Source of the DNA: Actinomycetota bacterium
GTDB taxonomy: Bacteria; Actinomycetota; CADDZG01; JAHWKV01; JAOPZY01
Direction: 5' to 3'
DNA: 63,792 bases
Assembly (NCBI GenBank): GCA_025963875.1
Contig: JAOPZY010000033.1
Span: forward strand, 1-63,792
The notes beneath the pieces were generated by a model. That model worked only from the letters and a program-made list of their open reading frames with translations. It was not told the origin of the DNA and made no database searches. The position numbers were made by a program, and so were the translations under genes. Positions 1 to 9,393 of the stretch are shown piece by piece. Within the stretch, counting starts at the first letter, position 1. Each line of letters begins with the position of its first letter.

Positions 1-410
1 CCCTCCGCCACGCCTCGCGCCGGCTGGGACGCGGCCTGCGCCGGGCGGCCGCGGCGAGCTGGCCGTCCCTGTCGGCCGGTCCGGCCGCCGAGCACCTCGC
101 GGTGGTCCACGGGCTGGTCGCCCGGGCTGCCGGCCTGTCCGCCTCGGATGCCGCCCGGCTTCCAGGGGCCGCCCTGCTCGCCGGTTCTGCCTCCGCCATT
201 GCCCGGCTGCTCCCGGTGGACACGGCCGACGCCATGGCGGTGGCCACGAGGCTCGCCCCCCTGGCCGACCGGGTTGCCGAGGCGGGCGCCCGGTTCGCCA
301 TGCTGCCGCTGTCCGAGGGACCGGCGGCCTCGGCCCCCCTGCTCGAGCTGCGGGCTGAGGACCACGCAACCTGGCCGGAGCGAGGGAAGGTGCGCCTCTT
401 TGCCTCCTGA
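1..410 (+). CDS. ureF: Urease accessory protein UreF, C-terminal part (5' end outside window)
   Basis: Frame is open from the window edge to TGA 408-410. [24 protein letters not shown]...[10 protein letters not shown] resembles UreF C-terminal helices. ureG and ureD follow directly. Confidence 0.7.
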   Translation, partial: LRHASRRLGRGLRRAAAASWPSLSAGPAAEHLAVVHGLVARAAGLSASDAARLPGAALLAGSASAIARLLPVDTADAMAVATRLAPLADRVAEAGARFAMLPLSEGPAASAPLLELRAEDHATWPERGKVRLFAS

Positions 411-1008
411 TCGGGTCGGCCCGCTCCGGGTGGGTATCGGCGGACCGGTGGGGTCGGGGAAGACGGCGCTCGTCGCCGCCCTGTGCCGCCTCCTCGCCGG
501 GCGCTTCGAGACGGCGGTGATCACCAACGACATCTACACGAAGGAGGACGCCGAAGCCCTCCTCCGCCTCGGCGTCATGCCGCCGGAGCGGGTCGTGGCG
601 GTCGAGACCGGCTGCTGCCCGCACACGGCCATCCGGGACGACGTCGCCGGCAACCTGGAGGCGGTCGACGAGCTGTGCGGGCGGTTCCCCGACCTGGAGC
701 TGCTGTTGATCGAGTCCGGCGGCGACAACCTGACCGCCACGTTCAGCCCGGCCCTCGCCGACCTCCAGCTCTTCGTCATCGACGTGGCCGGTGGGGACAA
801 GGTCCCCCGCAAGGGAGGCCCGGGCATCTCCCGGTCCGACCTGCTGGTGATCAACAAGGTCGATCTCGCCCCCATGGTGGGCGCCGACCTCCGGGTGATG
901 GCCCGGGACGCCGCCGCCCAGCGGGGCGAACGCCCCACGGTGTTCACCTCCCTGGTGGCCGACGGCGGCGCCGGCCCCGTTGCCGCCTTCATCGAGGGCA
1001 ACCTGTGA
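400..1008 (+). CDS. ureG: Urease accessory GTPase UreG
   Basis: Tail of ORF 148..1008. Motifs: P-loop [11 protein letters not shown], metal motif [18 protein letters not shown]. Start uncertain: TTG 400 (GGGAAGG 9 nt upstream, overlaps ureF stop) or GTG 430. Confidence 0.9.
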   Translation: MPPDRVGPLRVGIGGPVGSGKTALVAALCRLLAGRFETAVITNDIYTKEDAEALLRLGVMPPERVVAVETGCCPHTAIRDDVAGNLEAVDELCGRFPDLELLLIESGGDNLTATFSPALADLQLFVIDVAGGDKVPRKGGPGISRSDLLVINKVDLAPMVGADLRVMARDAAAQRGERPTVFTSLVADGGAGPVAAFIEGNL

Positions 1009-1016
1009 GGGCTGTA

Positions 1017-1069
1017 CCGAAGATCGTGCCAAAAAGGCCGGATACCGGTCCTTTTGGCACGATCTTCGG
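1017..1069. repeat. Palindromic hairpin element between ureG and ureD: 18 bp perfect outer stem plus 6 bp inner stem, with the A5/T4 run on the loop side of the stem
   Basis: CCGAAGATCGTGCCAAAA-aGGCCGGataCCGGtCC-TTTTGGCACGATCTTCGG, checked base by base. Same architecture as hairpins at 36243, 50506, 50558 and 57597. Confidence 0.85.
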
Positions 1070-1081
1070 GCAAGGTGCCCC

Positions 1082-1867
1082 ATGAGGGGGGGCGTCAGGA
1101 CCGTCGTCGAGGGACACCGGGTCGTCCTGCTCGAAACCCGGCCCCCCGTTGCGGCCAAGATCCTCAACACGCCTGGCGGGCCGGAGCTGGTGCTGGTCGG
1201 GGCCGCCGCCGGGCTCCTGGAGGGCGATAGGGTCACCATCGACCTCACGCTCGGCCCCGGTGCCCGGCTCACGGTGCGCACGACGGCCGCCACCCTCGCC
1301 CATCCCTGCCCGGACGGCGAGTGGACGGAGACGATCGTCAACGCCACCCTCGGGCCGGGGGCCACCCTCGCCTGGCTGGCGGAGCCGCTGGTTGCCTGCG
1401 CCGGCTGCCGCCACCGTTCACAGAGCACCATCGTTCTGGACGAGGGTGCCGCCGCCGTGTGGTACGAGGCCTGCACCCTCGGGCGCTCGGGCGAGCGGGC
1501 CGGGACCGTCCAGCTCCGCCTCGATGCCACCGTCGATGGCGTGCCGTTGCTCCGGGACGGGCTGAAGTTCCCAGACGGCGCCGAGACCCCCGCCGTGCTC
1601 GCCGGGCATCGGCACACGGGCAGCGTCCACCTGCTGGGGCGCCGGGCGAGCGGGCCGTTCCTGCAGCTCGCCGGCCCCGGCACCACCGCCCGTGCGGTGG
1701 CGGTCGATGCCGCCGGCCTCGAGCGGGCACTCGCTCCGGCTCGCTCGCTGTTCCTGTCGATCACCGCACCGACCGAAGAGGAGGTCCGCGCCCCATGGCT
1801 GAGCAGCCACACGTCCACGACCGTCACGGCCCGGAGGCCCGCCGCGCCCTCGAACGCGAGGCGCTGA
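1082..1867 (+). CDS. ureD: Urease accessory protein UreD/UreH
   Basis: First ATG of ORF 980..1867. LLEGDRVTIDLTLGPGARLTVRTTAATLA and later blocks are UreD-like. Operon position after ureG. Confidence 0.75.
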   Translation: MRGGVRTVVEGHRVVLLETRPPVAAKILNTPGGPELVLVGAAAGLLEGDRVTIDLTLGPGARLTVRTTAATLAHPCPDGEWTETIVNATLGPGATLAWLAEPLVACAGCRHRSQSTIVLDEGAAAVWYEACTLGRSGERAGTVQLRLDATVDGVPLLRDGLKFPDGAETPAVLAGHRHTGSVHLLGRRASGPFLQLAGPGTTARAVAVDAAGLERALAPARSLFLSITAPTEEEVRAPWLSSHTSTTVTARRPAAPSNARR

Positions 1868-2910
1868 TACCCCACACGAAGCACGAGCAGGAGATCGCAC
1901 GGGGCCTCGAGCTCGGCCTGCAGGGGGCCGATTCGATCGTGGACCGCACCATCCCCACGTTCAGCCGCGGCGAGCTGCCGCACTACGCCGGCATCAACAC
2001 GTTCCTCAAGGCGCCCTTCGTCGAGGACGTGCGCACCTGCGGCGCCTACGACGTCGCCGTCATCGGGGCCCCGCACGACTCGGGGACCACCTACCGCCCG
2101 GGGACCCGGTTCGGGCCGCAGGGGATGCGGCGTATCTCCGCCCTCTACGGGACCTACAGCTTCGAGCTGGGCGTCGACCTCCGGGAGTCGATCACGATCT
2201 GCGACCTCGGCGACATCTTCACCATCCCTGGCAACATCGAGAAGACGTTCGACCAGATCTCCAAGGCCGTCGCCCACGTGTACGCCTCGGGGGCGCTGCC
2301 GGTGGTGCTCGGCGGCGACCACTCGATCGGCTACCCCACCGTGCGCGGCGTGGCGGAGCACCTCGACGGCAACCTCGGCATCATCCACTTCGACCGCCAC
2401 GTCGACACCCAGGAGACCGACCTCGACGAGCGGATGCACACCACGCCCTGGTACCACGCCACCGACATCCCCAACGTCCCCGCCCGCAACCTCGTCCAGC
2501 TCGGCATCGGCGGGTGGCAGGCCCCCCGGCCCGGCGTCAAGGTCTGCCGGGAGCGCGAGACGACGATCATGACCGTCACCGACTGCGTCGAGATGGGCCT
2601 CGACGCCGCCGCGGACAACGCCCTCGACGTGGCGTGGGAGGGGACGGAGGCCGTGTGGCTCTCCTTCGACGTCGACTGCCTCGACGCCGCCTTCGTGCCG
2701 GGCACCGGCTGGCCCGAGCCCGGCGGGTTCCTGCCCCGGGAGGTCCTGAAGCTGGTGCGGCGGGTCGCGGAGCGGGGCCTGGCCGGCATCGAGATCGTGG
2801 AGTGCTCGCCGCCCTACGACTCGGCCGACATCACGTCGCTCATCGGGGTCCGGGTCATCTGCGACGTGCTGGCGACGCTGGTCAACGCGGGAAAGATCCC
2901 CCGGCCGTAG
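1795..2910 (+). CDS. Agmatinase-family ureohydrolase (agmatinase / guanidino-acid hydrolase type)
   Basis: ATG 1795 is preceded by GAAGAGGAGG (1775-1784). Arginase-fold Mn motifs: GGDHSIGYP, HFDRHVDT, SFDVDCLDAAFVPGTG. The longer ORF 1321..2910 upstream part is Arg/Pro junk. Confidence 0.85.
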   Translation: MAEQPHVHDRHGPEARRALEREALIPHTKHEQEIARGLELGLQGADSIVDRTIPTFSRGELPHYAGINTFLKAPFVEDVRTCGAYDVAVIGAPHDSGTTYRPGTRFGPQGMRRISALYGTYSFELGVDLRESITICDLGDIFTIPGNIEKTFDQISKAVAHVYASGALPVVLGGDHSIGYPTVRGVAEHLDGNLGIIHFDRHVDTQETDLDERMHTTPWYHATDIPNVPARNLVQLGIGGWQAPRPGVKVCRERETTIMTVTDCVEMGLDAAADNALDVAWEGTEAVWLSFDVDCLDAAFVPGTGWPEPGGFLPREVLKLVRRVAERGLAGIEIVECSPPYDSADITSLIGVRVICDVLATLVNAGKIPRP

Positions 2911-3016
2911 GGGGCCTCTTCACCGATGAGTCAGGAGCCTGGGGCCGATTGACCGGAACGTCATTGGCTCGTAGTCTTGTGGGACCATGTTGCTCATCGG
3001 TTGAGATGCAGGTGCC

Positions 3017-3047
3017 GGCGCCCGGGGCCCTCCCCCGGACGCCTTTG
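3017..3047 (+). terminator. Candidate intrinsic terminator/attenuator hairpin in the 194-nt spacer before the ABC operon
   Basis: GGCGCCCGGGG-ccctc-CCCCGGACGCC (10/11 bp) followed by TTTGG. The T-tract is short. Confidence 0.3.
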
Positions 3048-3104
3048 GTAGCGCGGTATCACAGCGCCTGACCACCCCTCTTCTCTTCCGAAGGAGCACC
3101 CCGA

Positions 3105-3974
3105 ATGTCACCCCTGCCTGTCGCTGCGCCCATGACCGTCCCGGTCCAGGACCGAGCCATGCCCGCCATCCAGGCGATCGACCTCCGCAAGGAGTTCCGC
3201 CGCCGCGAGCGGGTCGGGCGCCGGTTCGAGACGACGCGCTCCGTGGCCCTGGCCCCGACCACCTTCCGCGTGGAACGCGGCGAGTGCGTCGCCATCCTGG
3301 GCCAGAACGGCTCCGGCAAGTCCACCCTGGTCCGCCTGCTGTCGACCTTGCTGCTGCCCGACGGCGGGACGGCGAGGGTCTTCGGCCACGACATCCGCAC
3401 GGATGCCAGGGCCGTCCGGCGGCTGGTCAACCGGGTCTCCGTGGAGGCGTCGTTCTTCAAGAAGCTCTCGGCGTTCGAGAACCTGAGCTATGCCGCCCGG
3501 TTCTACGGCATCCGGCCGGCGGACAGCCGGGTTCGCATCCCGGAGATCGTCGAGCGGCTCAGCTTCCCGGCGGACCGCCTGCGCGAGCCGATGGAGCACC
3601 TGTCACGTGGCATGCAGCAGAAGATCGCCCTTGCCCGGGCACTCCTGACCGCGCCCGTGGTGCTGCTGCTCGACGAGCCGACGACCGGCCTCGACCCCCG
3701 CTCCAAGCTCGAGGTCCAGGCGCTGGTCACGGACATGCAGGAGCAGCACGACGCCACGGTGCTGCTCTGCACCCACGACCTCGCCGAGGCCGAGGAGCTC
3801 GCCCGGAGGGTGGGCATCCTGCACCGCGGGGAACTCATCGCCCTGGAGGCCGCGGCCGGCCTGAAGCTGCGCTATGGGGCGGCCACGCTGGAGGAGGCGT
3901 TCTTTGCGGCAACCGGTGGCCGGCTGGAAGACGAGGCCGACCGCGAGGCAGACGAGGGAGGTGAGTCTCCATGA
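3105..3974 (+). CDS. ABC transporter ATP-binding protein (ABC-2/DrrA-like exporter type)
   Basis: Walker A GQNGSGKST, signature LSRGMQQK, Walker B LLLDEPTTGLD, H-loop CTHD. AAGGAG lies 8 nt upstream of the ATG. Confidence 0.9.
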   Translation: MSPLPVAAPMTVPVQDRAMPAIQAIDLRKEFRRRERVGRRFETTRSVALAPTTFRVERGECVAILGQNGSGKSTLVRLLSTLLLPDGGTARVFGHDIRTDARAVRRLVNRVSVEASFFKKLSAFENLSYAARFYGIRPADSRVRIPEIVERLSFPADRLREPMEHLSRGMQQKIALARALLTAPVVLLLDEPTTGLDPRSKLEVQALVTDMQEQHDATVLLCTHDLAEAEELARRVGILHRGELIALEAAAGLKLRYGAATLEEAFFAATGGRLEDEADREADEGGESP

Positions 3975-4789
3975 TGATGAGAACCGAGCTGACGGGCCTC
4001 GCCGGCGTCGTCGAGCGCAACGTCTACCTGGTGAAGCGCTACGCCTGGTGGGAGGTGGCGTTCTTCGTCTACACCGTCGCGAGCTCGTACACGATCGTGC
4101 TCATCGCCAAGGGAATCCAGACCACCGGTGGACGCCTGGACGTGAACCGGGTCACGACGATCCTGCTCATCGGAGCCGTCGTGTGGGCGTACCTCAGCTC
4201 GATCTTCGAGGTCCTCACCGACACCGTCGCCTGGGAGCGCTGGGAGGGGACGATCGAGTACACGTTCATGGCCCCGTTGGCCCGCTCGGTGCACCTGCTG
4301 GGCATGGGCGTCTTCGCCATTGCCTACGGTCTGCTGCGTGCGGCGCTGCTGTTCGCCGTCATGGCCTTCTCCTTCCGCCTGGCCATGCCGAATGCGAACT
4401 TCCTCGGCGCCTTCGCGGTCGTGGCAATCGCCTCGGTGTCGTTCATCGGCATCGGGATGATGACCGCGGTGCTCCCGCTCATCTCCCCGGAGAAGGGGAC
4501 CCAGCTCGGGTTCATGGCCCAGGGCCTGCTGCTCGCGGTGTCCGGCGTCTACTACGACGTGGCGGTCCTGCCGGCACCGCTGCGGGCGGTGGCCCGGTTC
4601 TCGCCAGCCACGTACACGCTGGACGGCATCCGGTCGTCGATCATCGGCGGCACGGGCGTGGGGGGCCTGTGGCACGACCTGTGGCCGCTCGTGGTGATCG
4701 GCGCGGTCTCCATCCCGCTCGGCCTCTGGGTGTTCCATCAGGGGGAGGTCCACGCCAAGCGGCACGGCAAGCTGAAGCGCTCGGGCTGA
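3971..4789 (+). CDS. ABC-2 type transporter permease
   Basis: ATGA overlap with the ATPase stop. About 6 hydrophobic segments, typical ABC-2 length. Confidence 0.85.
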   Translation: MMMRTELTGLAGVVERNVYLVKRYAWWEVAFFVYTVASSYTIVLIAKGIQTTGGRLDVNRVTTILLIGAVVWAYLSSIFEVLTDTVAWERWEGTIEYTFMAPLARSVHLLGMGVFAIAYGLLRAALLFAVMAFSFRLAMPNANFLGAFAVVAIASVSFIGIGMMTAVLPLISPEKGTQLGFMAQGLLLAVSGVYYDVAVLPAPLRAVARFSPATYTLDGIRSSIIGGTGVGGLWHDLWPLVVIGAVSIPLGLWVFHQGEVHAKRHGKLKRSG

Positions 4790-4809
4790 CCGGCGGGGGG
4801 CCGCCGCCG

Positions 4810-5352
4810 TCACTCCAGATGGGGCCGGACGAGGGCTGCGAAGCCGGCGACGCCGGACTCGAGCGAGGCCTCCAGGATGTACCGGATGTTGGCGAGGGCG
4901 AAGGCGGCGGTCTGGTCGAACAGGTGCCGGACCAGGCCGTCGCCGGCGACCTCCGGCGGGATCCAGTCCGGCAGGTGGAGCCGGTTGCGGAAATGGAGCA
5001 CGCAGGCGTCCCCCAGGTCCTCCACCGAGAGCTCGTGCTCCAGCCGGCCGCCCGCGTCGGCCGGGACGCCGGCGGGGCGCACCACGATCGCTGCCCGCAT
5101 GCCGGGCGGGTCGAACTCCACCATCTCTCCCTCGACCGCGAGGCTGAGCCCGAGGATGTGCATGCGGCCCCGGAGGCGGCCCCCCTTCTCGAACACGCCG
5201 GCAGTCGGGGCCTCCACGTCGTAGATCACGGCGCTCCAGTAGGGCATGGTCGTCGGATCGAGGACGTACCGGGCAACGTCGGCGGCCGGGCGCTTGACCG
5301 TCGTGCACGAATGATGGGTGATGATCCTGTCCACGGGGGCATTTTGAACCAA
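4810..5352 (-). CDS. SRPBCC (START/polyketide-cyclase-like) family protein
   Basis: 180-aa ORF with good codon bias. The pattern PAADVARYVLDPTTMPYW...GGRLRGRMHILG is SRPBCC-like. Assignment by eye only. Confidence 0.55.
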   Translation of the reverse strand: MVQNAPVDRIITHHSCTTVKRPAADVARYVLDPTTMPYWSAVIYDVEAPTAGVFEKGGRLRGRMHILGLSLAVEGEMVEFDPPGMRAAIVVRPAGVPADAGGRLEHELSVEDLGDACVLHFRNRLHLPDWIPPEVAGDGLVRHLFDQTAAFALANIRYILEASLESGVAGFAALVRPHLE

Positions 5353-5384
5353 AGCCCAAGGGCCAGGCCGGGTAACATCGCCCG

Positions 5385-5813
5385 ATGCGGGTCGAGTACG
5401 CGTTCATCTCCGAGAGTGCGGATGTGCAGTCCGGGCTCTTCTACGTCGTCCGCGGGGGCACCGACATCTGGTATGCCCCGGCGGGCGCCGAGTTCCCGGT
5501 GCCGATCGGGCCGATGTCCTTCGTCGTTCGGCTGGTCGGCGAACCCCAGGAGGTGGGAACGAACCAGCCGGTCGAGTTCACCGTCGTGGACGCCGACGGG
5601 CGGGCCACCGGGGTCGGAGGCACCGGCACCATCGCCGTGGCGGCCCACGCGATCGACCGCACCCGCAGCGGGGCCGCCCTCCTGCATTTCCGCCTCGCCT
5701 TCGCGATCCCCGCCCCGGGGGCCTACTTCTTCGAACTGTTCTCCCGTGGGGACCGGCTCTGCCAGGTGCCGTTCTGGGTGCAGGTCAACGACGAGGCCGA
5801 GGCACCGGACTGA
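5385..5813 (+). CDS. Hypothetical protein (142 aa)
   Basis: Clean ORF divergent from 4810..5352, with non-junk composition. No family recognised. Confidence 0.5.
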   Translation: MRVEYAFISESADVQSGLFYVVRGGTDIWYAPAGAEFPVPIGPMSFVVRLVGEPQEVGTNQPVEFTVVDADGRATGVGGTGTIAVAAHAIDRTRSGAALLHFRLAFAIPAPGAYFFELFSRGDRLCQVPFWVQVNDEAEAPD

Positions 5814-5833
5814 CGTCGCCCACCGATCCCCAC

Positions 5834-5888
5834 GGAGAAGCGAGGAGGAAATTACGCGTATGACGCGCAAAAAACTCCTCACTTCTCC
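5834..5888. repeat. Nested palindromic element between convergent genes (candidate bidirectional terminator)
   Basis: GGAGAAGCGAGGAG...CTCCTCACTTCTCC (13/14 bp) encloses the core CGCGT-atg-ACGCG followed by A6. Confidence 0.75.
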
Positions 5889-5906
5889 CTGAGCTCTGCT
5901 CCCGCG

Positions 5907-8309
5907 CTACTGGCGGACCTCTGCCCCCAGCCGCTTCTGCAGGGCTCCGGCGATGGCGTCCCGGGCAGCGACTGCCTCGTCCTGGGTGAGGGTCCGGTCG
6001 GGCCGCAGGAACGTCAGCGAGAGTGCGAGGCTCTTGCGGCCCGCCCCCGCCTGCTCGCCGCGGTAGACGTCGAAGACCCGGACGTCGACGAGGGCAGGGC
6101 CGCCGGCGGAACGGGCGAGCTCCATGATCTCCGCCGCCTCCACAGCCTCCGGGACGACCACGGCCAGGTCGAGCAGGACCGGTGGGAACCTCGTCAGCTC
6201 CTTCGCCTGGGCGGGGTCACGGGCCAGCTCGAGCAGCTTGCCGAGCTCCAGCTCGGCGGCGACCACCCGGTTGGTGAAGCCGTAGCGCTCCGCGGTCGCC
6301 GGCGTCAGCTCGCCGATGGTCCCGAAGGCCCCGCCGGGGGCGACGAGCGCCGCCGTCCGCCCGCGGGTGAAGGGGTCCCGGGTGGTGGGGCCGAAGGTGT
6401 AGTCGATGCGGAGGCCCTCCATCAGCATCTCGACGACTCCCTTCAGGTCGAAGAAGTCGAGCTCGCGCGACGGCGTGTGCCACTCCTGCGGGATCGGCCC
6501 GTGGAACACCATGCCGAGGCGGAGCGGTTCCTCGGGCAACAGGTTGGTCTCCCGGGGGACGAAGCACCGGCCGACCTCGAACAGCCGCACGCAGAGGTTG
6601 CGCCGGGCGACGTTGCGGGCCGCCGAGGCGACGAGGCCGGGCAGCAGCGACGGCCGCAGGATCGACTCGTCCACCGTCAGAGGGTTCGTCAGGCGGAGAG
6701 CCGACCGGGCCGGGTGCTCGGGCGGGTACCCCATCCGGTCGAGGTCCGCTGGGCCGATCAAGGCGCTGGTGACCGCCTCGAACAGGCCCGCACCGGTGAG
6801 CAGGTTGCGGACGCGGCGCTGCAACCTCTGCGGACGGTTGAGCCCCCCGACCCTCGCCCCCGAGGGGATCCGGGATGGGATCCTGTCGTAGCCGGTCAGG
6901 CGGGCGATCTCCTCGACGAGGTCCCACTCGGCCCGGAGGTCGGGCCGTCGGGTGGGCACGGTCACCCGGATCTTCCCGTCCTCGACCACCGGGTTGAGGC
7001 CCAGGCGCCGGAGGTCGTCGACCATCGCCTCGACGCTGAGGTTCGTCCCGAGCACCTCGTTCACCCGCTCGGGCCGGAGCGTGAGCGTCCAGGGCTCCAC
7101 CGGCTCGGGGTAGACGTCGATGGCGCCGGGCGCCGACTCGCCGCCTGCCCACTCCTGGATGAGCGCGCTGGCGAGCTCGGCGGCGTAGGGCACGTTGTTC
7201 GGGTCGGCACCCCGCTCGAAGCGGGCCGACGCCTCGGAGCGCAGCCCGTGGCGCTTGGAGCTCCGCAGCACCGAGGCGGGGTCGAAGTACGCCGACTCCA
7301 GCAGGATCCGGGTCGTGGTGTCGGACACCTCGGAGTCCCTCCCGCCCATGATGCCGGCGAGGGCCACCGGGCCTTCGGCGTCGGCGATGACGAGGTCGTC
7401 GGCCGCGAGCTCCCGGGTGGCGCCGTCGATGGTGACGAGCTGCTCGGTAGCAAGGGCCCGCCGCACGACGATCTTCGAGCCCGACAGCTTGTCGAGGTCG
7501 AAGGCGTGCATGGGGTGGCCGGTGACGAGGAGGGCGTAGTTCGTGGCGTCGACGATGTTGGAGATCGGCCGCACTCCCGCCGCCGTCAGGCGCTTGGCCA
7601 CCCACTCCGGCGACGGGCCGGGCGTCACCCCGGTGATCACGCGGGCGAGGTAGCGGGGCGCCCCCGCCGGGTCCTCGACGGTGACCTGGGCGAGCTCCTC
7701 GACGGCGGGGCTCCCGGACGTCGCCCGGTTCATCCGCAGGGCGGGGAAGGTCACGTGGCCCCCGGTGATGGCGGCGACCTCCCGGGCGATGCCGAGCAGG
7801 CTCATGGCGTCCGGGCGGTTCGTGGTGACCTCGATGTCGAGGACGACGTCGTCCAGGCCGAGCACCTTGGTGACCTCGGCCCCCAGCTCGGTGTCGGGCG
7901 GCAGCACGAGGATCCCCGAGTGGTCGTCGGCAACCCCCAGCTCCCTTGCCGAGCAGAGCATCCCCTCCGAGACCTCGCCCCGGATGGTCGCCCGGCCGAT
8001 CGTCATGTCGCCCGGGAGGCGGGCGCCCGGCAGCGCCACCGGAACCTTGTCGCCCACCTTGAAGTTGTGGGCGCCGCACACGATGGGCCGCACCGACACC
8101 CCCGTCGTCACATCGACCAACTGGAGCTTGTCGGCGTTGGGGTGGGGCAGGATCTGTTGGACCTCACCCACCACGACGCCCTCGATGTCGGCCCCCGGCC
8201 GGTGGATTGCCTCGACCTTCAGCCCGGCGGACGTGAGGGCCGCAGCGAGGGACTCGGCGTCACGGTCGATGGCCACGTAGTCGGCCAGCCAGGAAAGCGG
8301 CACCAGCAT
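5907..8309 (-). CDS. pheT: Phenylalanine--tRNA ligase beta subunit
   Basis: 800-aa ORF. N-terminal MLVPLSWLADYV, tRNA-binding, B3/4, B5 and FDX-ACB type blocks. Abuts pheS. Confidence 0.95.
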   Translation of the reverse strand: MLVPLSWLADYVAIDRDAESLAAALTSAGLKVEAIHRPGADIEGVVVGEVQQILPHPNADKLQLVDVTTGVSVRPIVCGAHNFKVGDKVPVALPGARLPGDMTIGRATIRGEVSEGMLCSARELGVADDHSGILVLPPDTELGAEVTKVLGLDDVVLDIEVTTNRPDAMSLLGIAREVAAITGGHVTFPALRMNRATSGSPAVEELAQVTVEDPAGAPRYLARVITGVTPGPSPEWVAKRLTAAGVRPISNIVDATNYALLVTGHPMHAFDLDKLSGSKIVVRRALATEQLVTIDGATRELAADDLVIADAEGPVALAGIMGGRDSEVSDTTTRILLESAYFDPASVLRSSKRHGLRSEASARFERGADPNNVPYAAELASALIQEWAGGESAPGAIDVYPEPVEPWTLTLRPERVNEVLGTNLSVEAMVDDLRRLGLNPVVEDGKIRVTVPTRRPDLRAEWDLVEEIARLTGYDRIPSRIPSGARVGGLNRPQRLQRRVRNLLTGAGLFEAVTSALIGPADLDRMGYPPEHPARSALRLTNPLTVDESILRPSLLPGLVASAARNVARRNLCVRLFEVGRCFVPRETNLLPEEPLRLGMVFHGPIPQEWHTPSRELDFFDLKGVVEMLMEGLRIDYTFGPTTRDPFTRGRTAALVAPGGAFGTIGELTPATAERYGFTNRVVAAELELGKLLELARDPAQAKELTRFPPVLLDLAVVVPEAVEAAEIMELARSAGGPALVDVRVFDVYRGEQAGAGRKSLALSLTFLRPDRTLTQDEAVAARDAIAGALQKRLGAEVRQ

Positions 8310-9353
8310 CTAGAACCCCTCCAGGAGCCGGATGTCGTTCTCCACCAGCCACCGGATGTCGCCGATCGACCACCGCAGCAGGGCGACCCGCTCGATGCCC
8401 ATCCCGAAGGCGAAGCCGGTGACGTCCGGGTCGTAGCCGACCGCCTTGAAGACGTTCGGGTGCACCATCCCGGCCCCCATGATCTCGATCCATCCCTCCT
8501 TGCCGCAGACCCGGCAGCCGCTGCCGTCGCAGTTGAAGCAGGACACGTAGACCTCCGCCGACGGCTCGGTGAAGGGGAAGTAGTGGGGGATCATCCGGAT
8601 GCGCTGGTGCGGGCCGAAGAGCGCCTTGGCGAAGACCTCGACGCTGCCCTTCAGGTCGGCAAAGGAGATGCCCTTGTCGACGGCGAGGCCGTCGATCTGG
8701 TGGAACCCGGCGAGGTGCGTGGGGTCCGCCACGTCGCGGCGGAACGCCCTGCCCGGCATCGTCACGTAGAGGGGCGGATCGTTGGCCTCCATCGCCCGCA
8801 CCCACATCGGGGAGGTGTGCGTGCGCAGCAGCGGCTGGCCGTAGTCGTTGGGCTCGACGTACAGGGTGTCGAACATCGACCGGGCCGGGTGGTCCCGGGG
8901 CATGTTGAGGGCCTCGAAGTTGTAGTAGTCGCTCTCGACCTCCGGGCCGTCGGCGACCTTGAAGCCCAGGCCGACGAAGACGTCGACGATCTCGTCGATG
9001 ACCTGGGTGATCGGGTGCAGGTGGCCGAGCGGGGGCTTGCGGCCCGGGAGCGTGACGTCGACCCGTTCCGACTCCAGGCGGCAGGCGGCCTCCTCCGACT
9101 CCAACGATCCCCGGCGCCCGGCGACCGCCGACTCCAGGGCCGAGCGCACGGCGTTGGCCACCATCCCGACCTGCTTGCGCTCGTCCGGCTCCATGCCGCC
9201 GAGGGTGGAGAGGACGGCGGCGAGCGGACCCTTGCGGCCCAGATAGCGGATCTCGGTGTCCCGCAGGGCGGCAGCGTCGGGCGCGGCCTCGGTGGCCTCG
9301 AGGGCCTCGGCCCGGAGAGCCTCCAGCTTGGCGATCGCGTCAACAGTTGACAT
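8310..9353 (-). CDS. pheS: Phenylalanine--tRNA ligase alpha subunit
   Basis: Class II aaRS motifs (HPARSMFDTLY, FRRD, GMGIERVALL). ATG 9353 (MSTVDAIAKLEAL) is preferred over the upstream ATG 9401. Confidence 0.95.
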   Translation of the reverse strand: MSTVDAIAKLEALRAEALEATEAAPDAAALRDTEIRYLGRKGPLAAVLSTLGGMEPDERKQVGMVANAVRSALESAVAGRRGSLESEEAACRLESERVDVTLPGRKPPLGHLHPITQVIDEIVDVFVGLGFKVADGPEVESDYYNFEALNMPRDHPARSMFDTLYVEPNDYGQPLLRTHTSPMWVRAMEANDPPLYVTMPGRAFRRDVADPTHLAGFHQIDGLAVDKGISFADLKGSVEVFAKALFGPHQRIRMIPHYFPFTEPSAEVYVSCFNCDGSGCRVCGKEGWIEIMGAGMVHPNVFKAVGYDPDVTGFAFGMGIERVALLRWSIGDIRWLVENDIRLLEGF

Positions 9354-9393
9354 GCGAACCGAGGATAGCAGCGGGAAACGCTCGAACAGGTTT

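Noticed and set aside
1321-1794. N-terminal 158-codon extension of the ureohydrolase ORF (ATG 1321).
   Set aside because: The extension is Arg/Pro-rich junk overlapping ureD in another frame. A strong RBS plus ATG at 1795 matches the family N-terminus.
3035-3076. CCGGACG...GCGC..GCGC stretch reminiscent of the guanidine-III (ykkC-III) riboswitch, which was tempting given the ureohydrolase/urease context.
   Set aside because: The second CCGG pairing partner and the ACGGCGC 3' strand of the pseudoknot are absent. Only the first heptamer matches.
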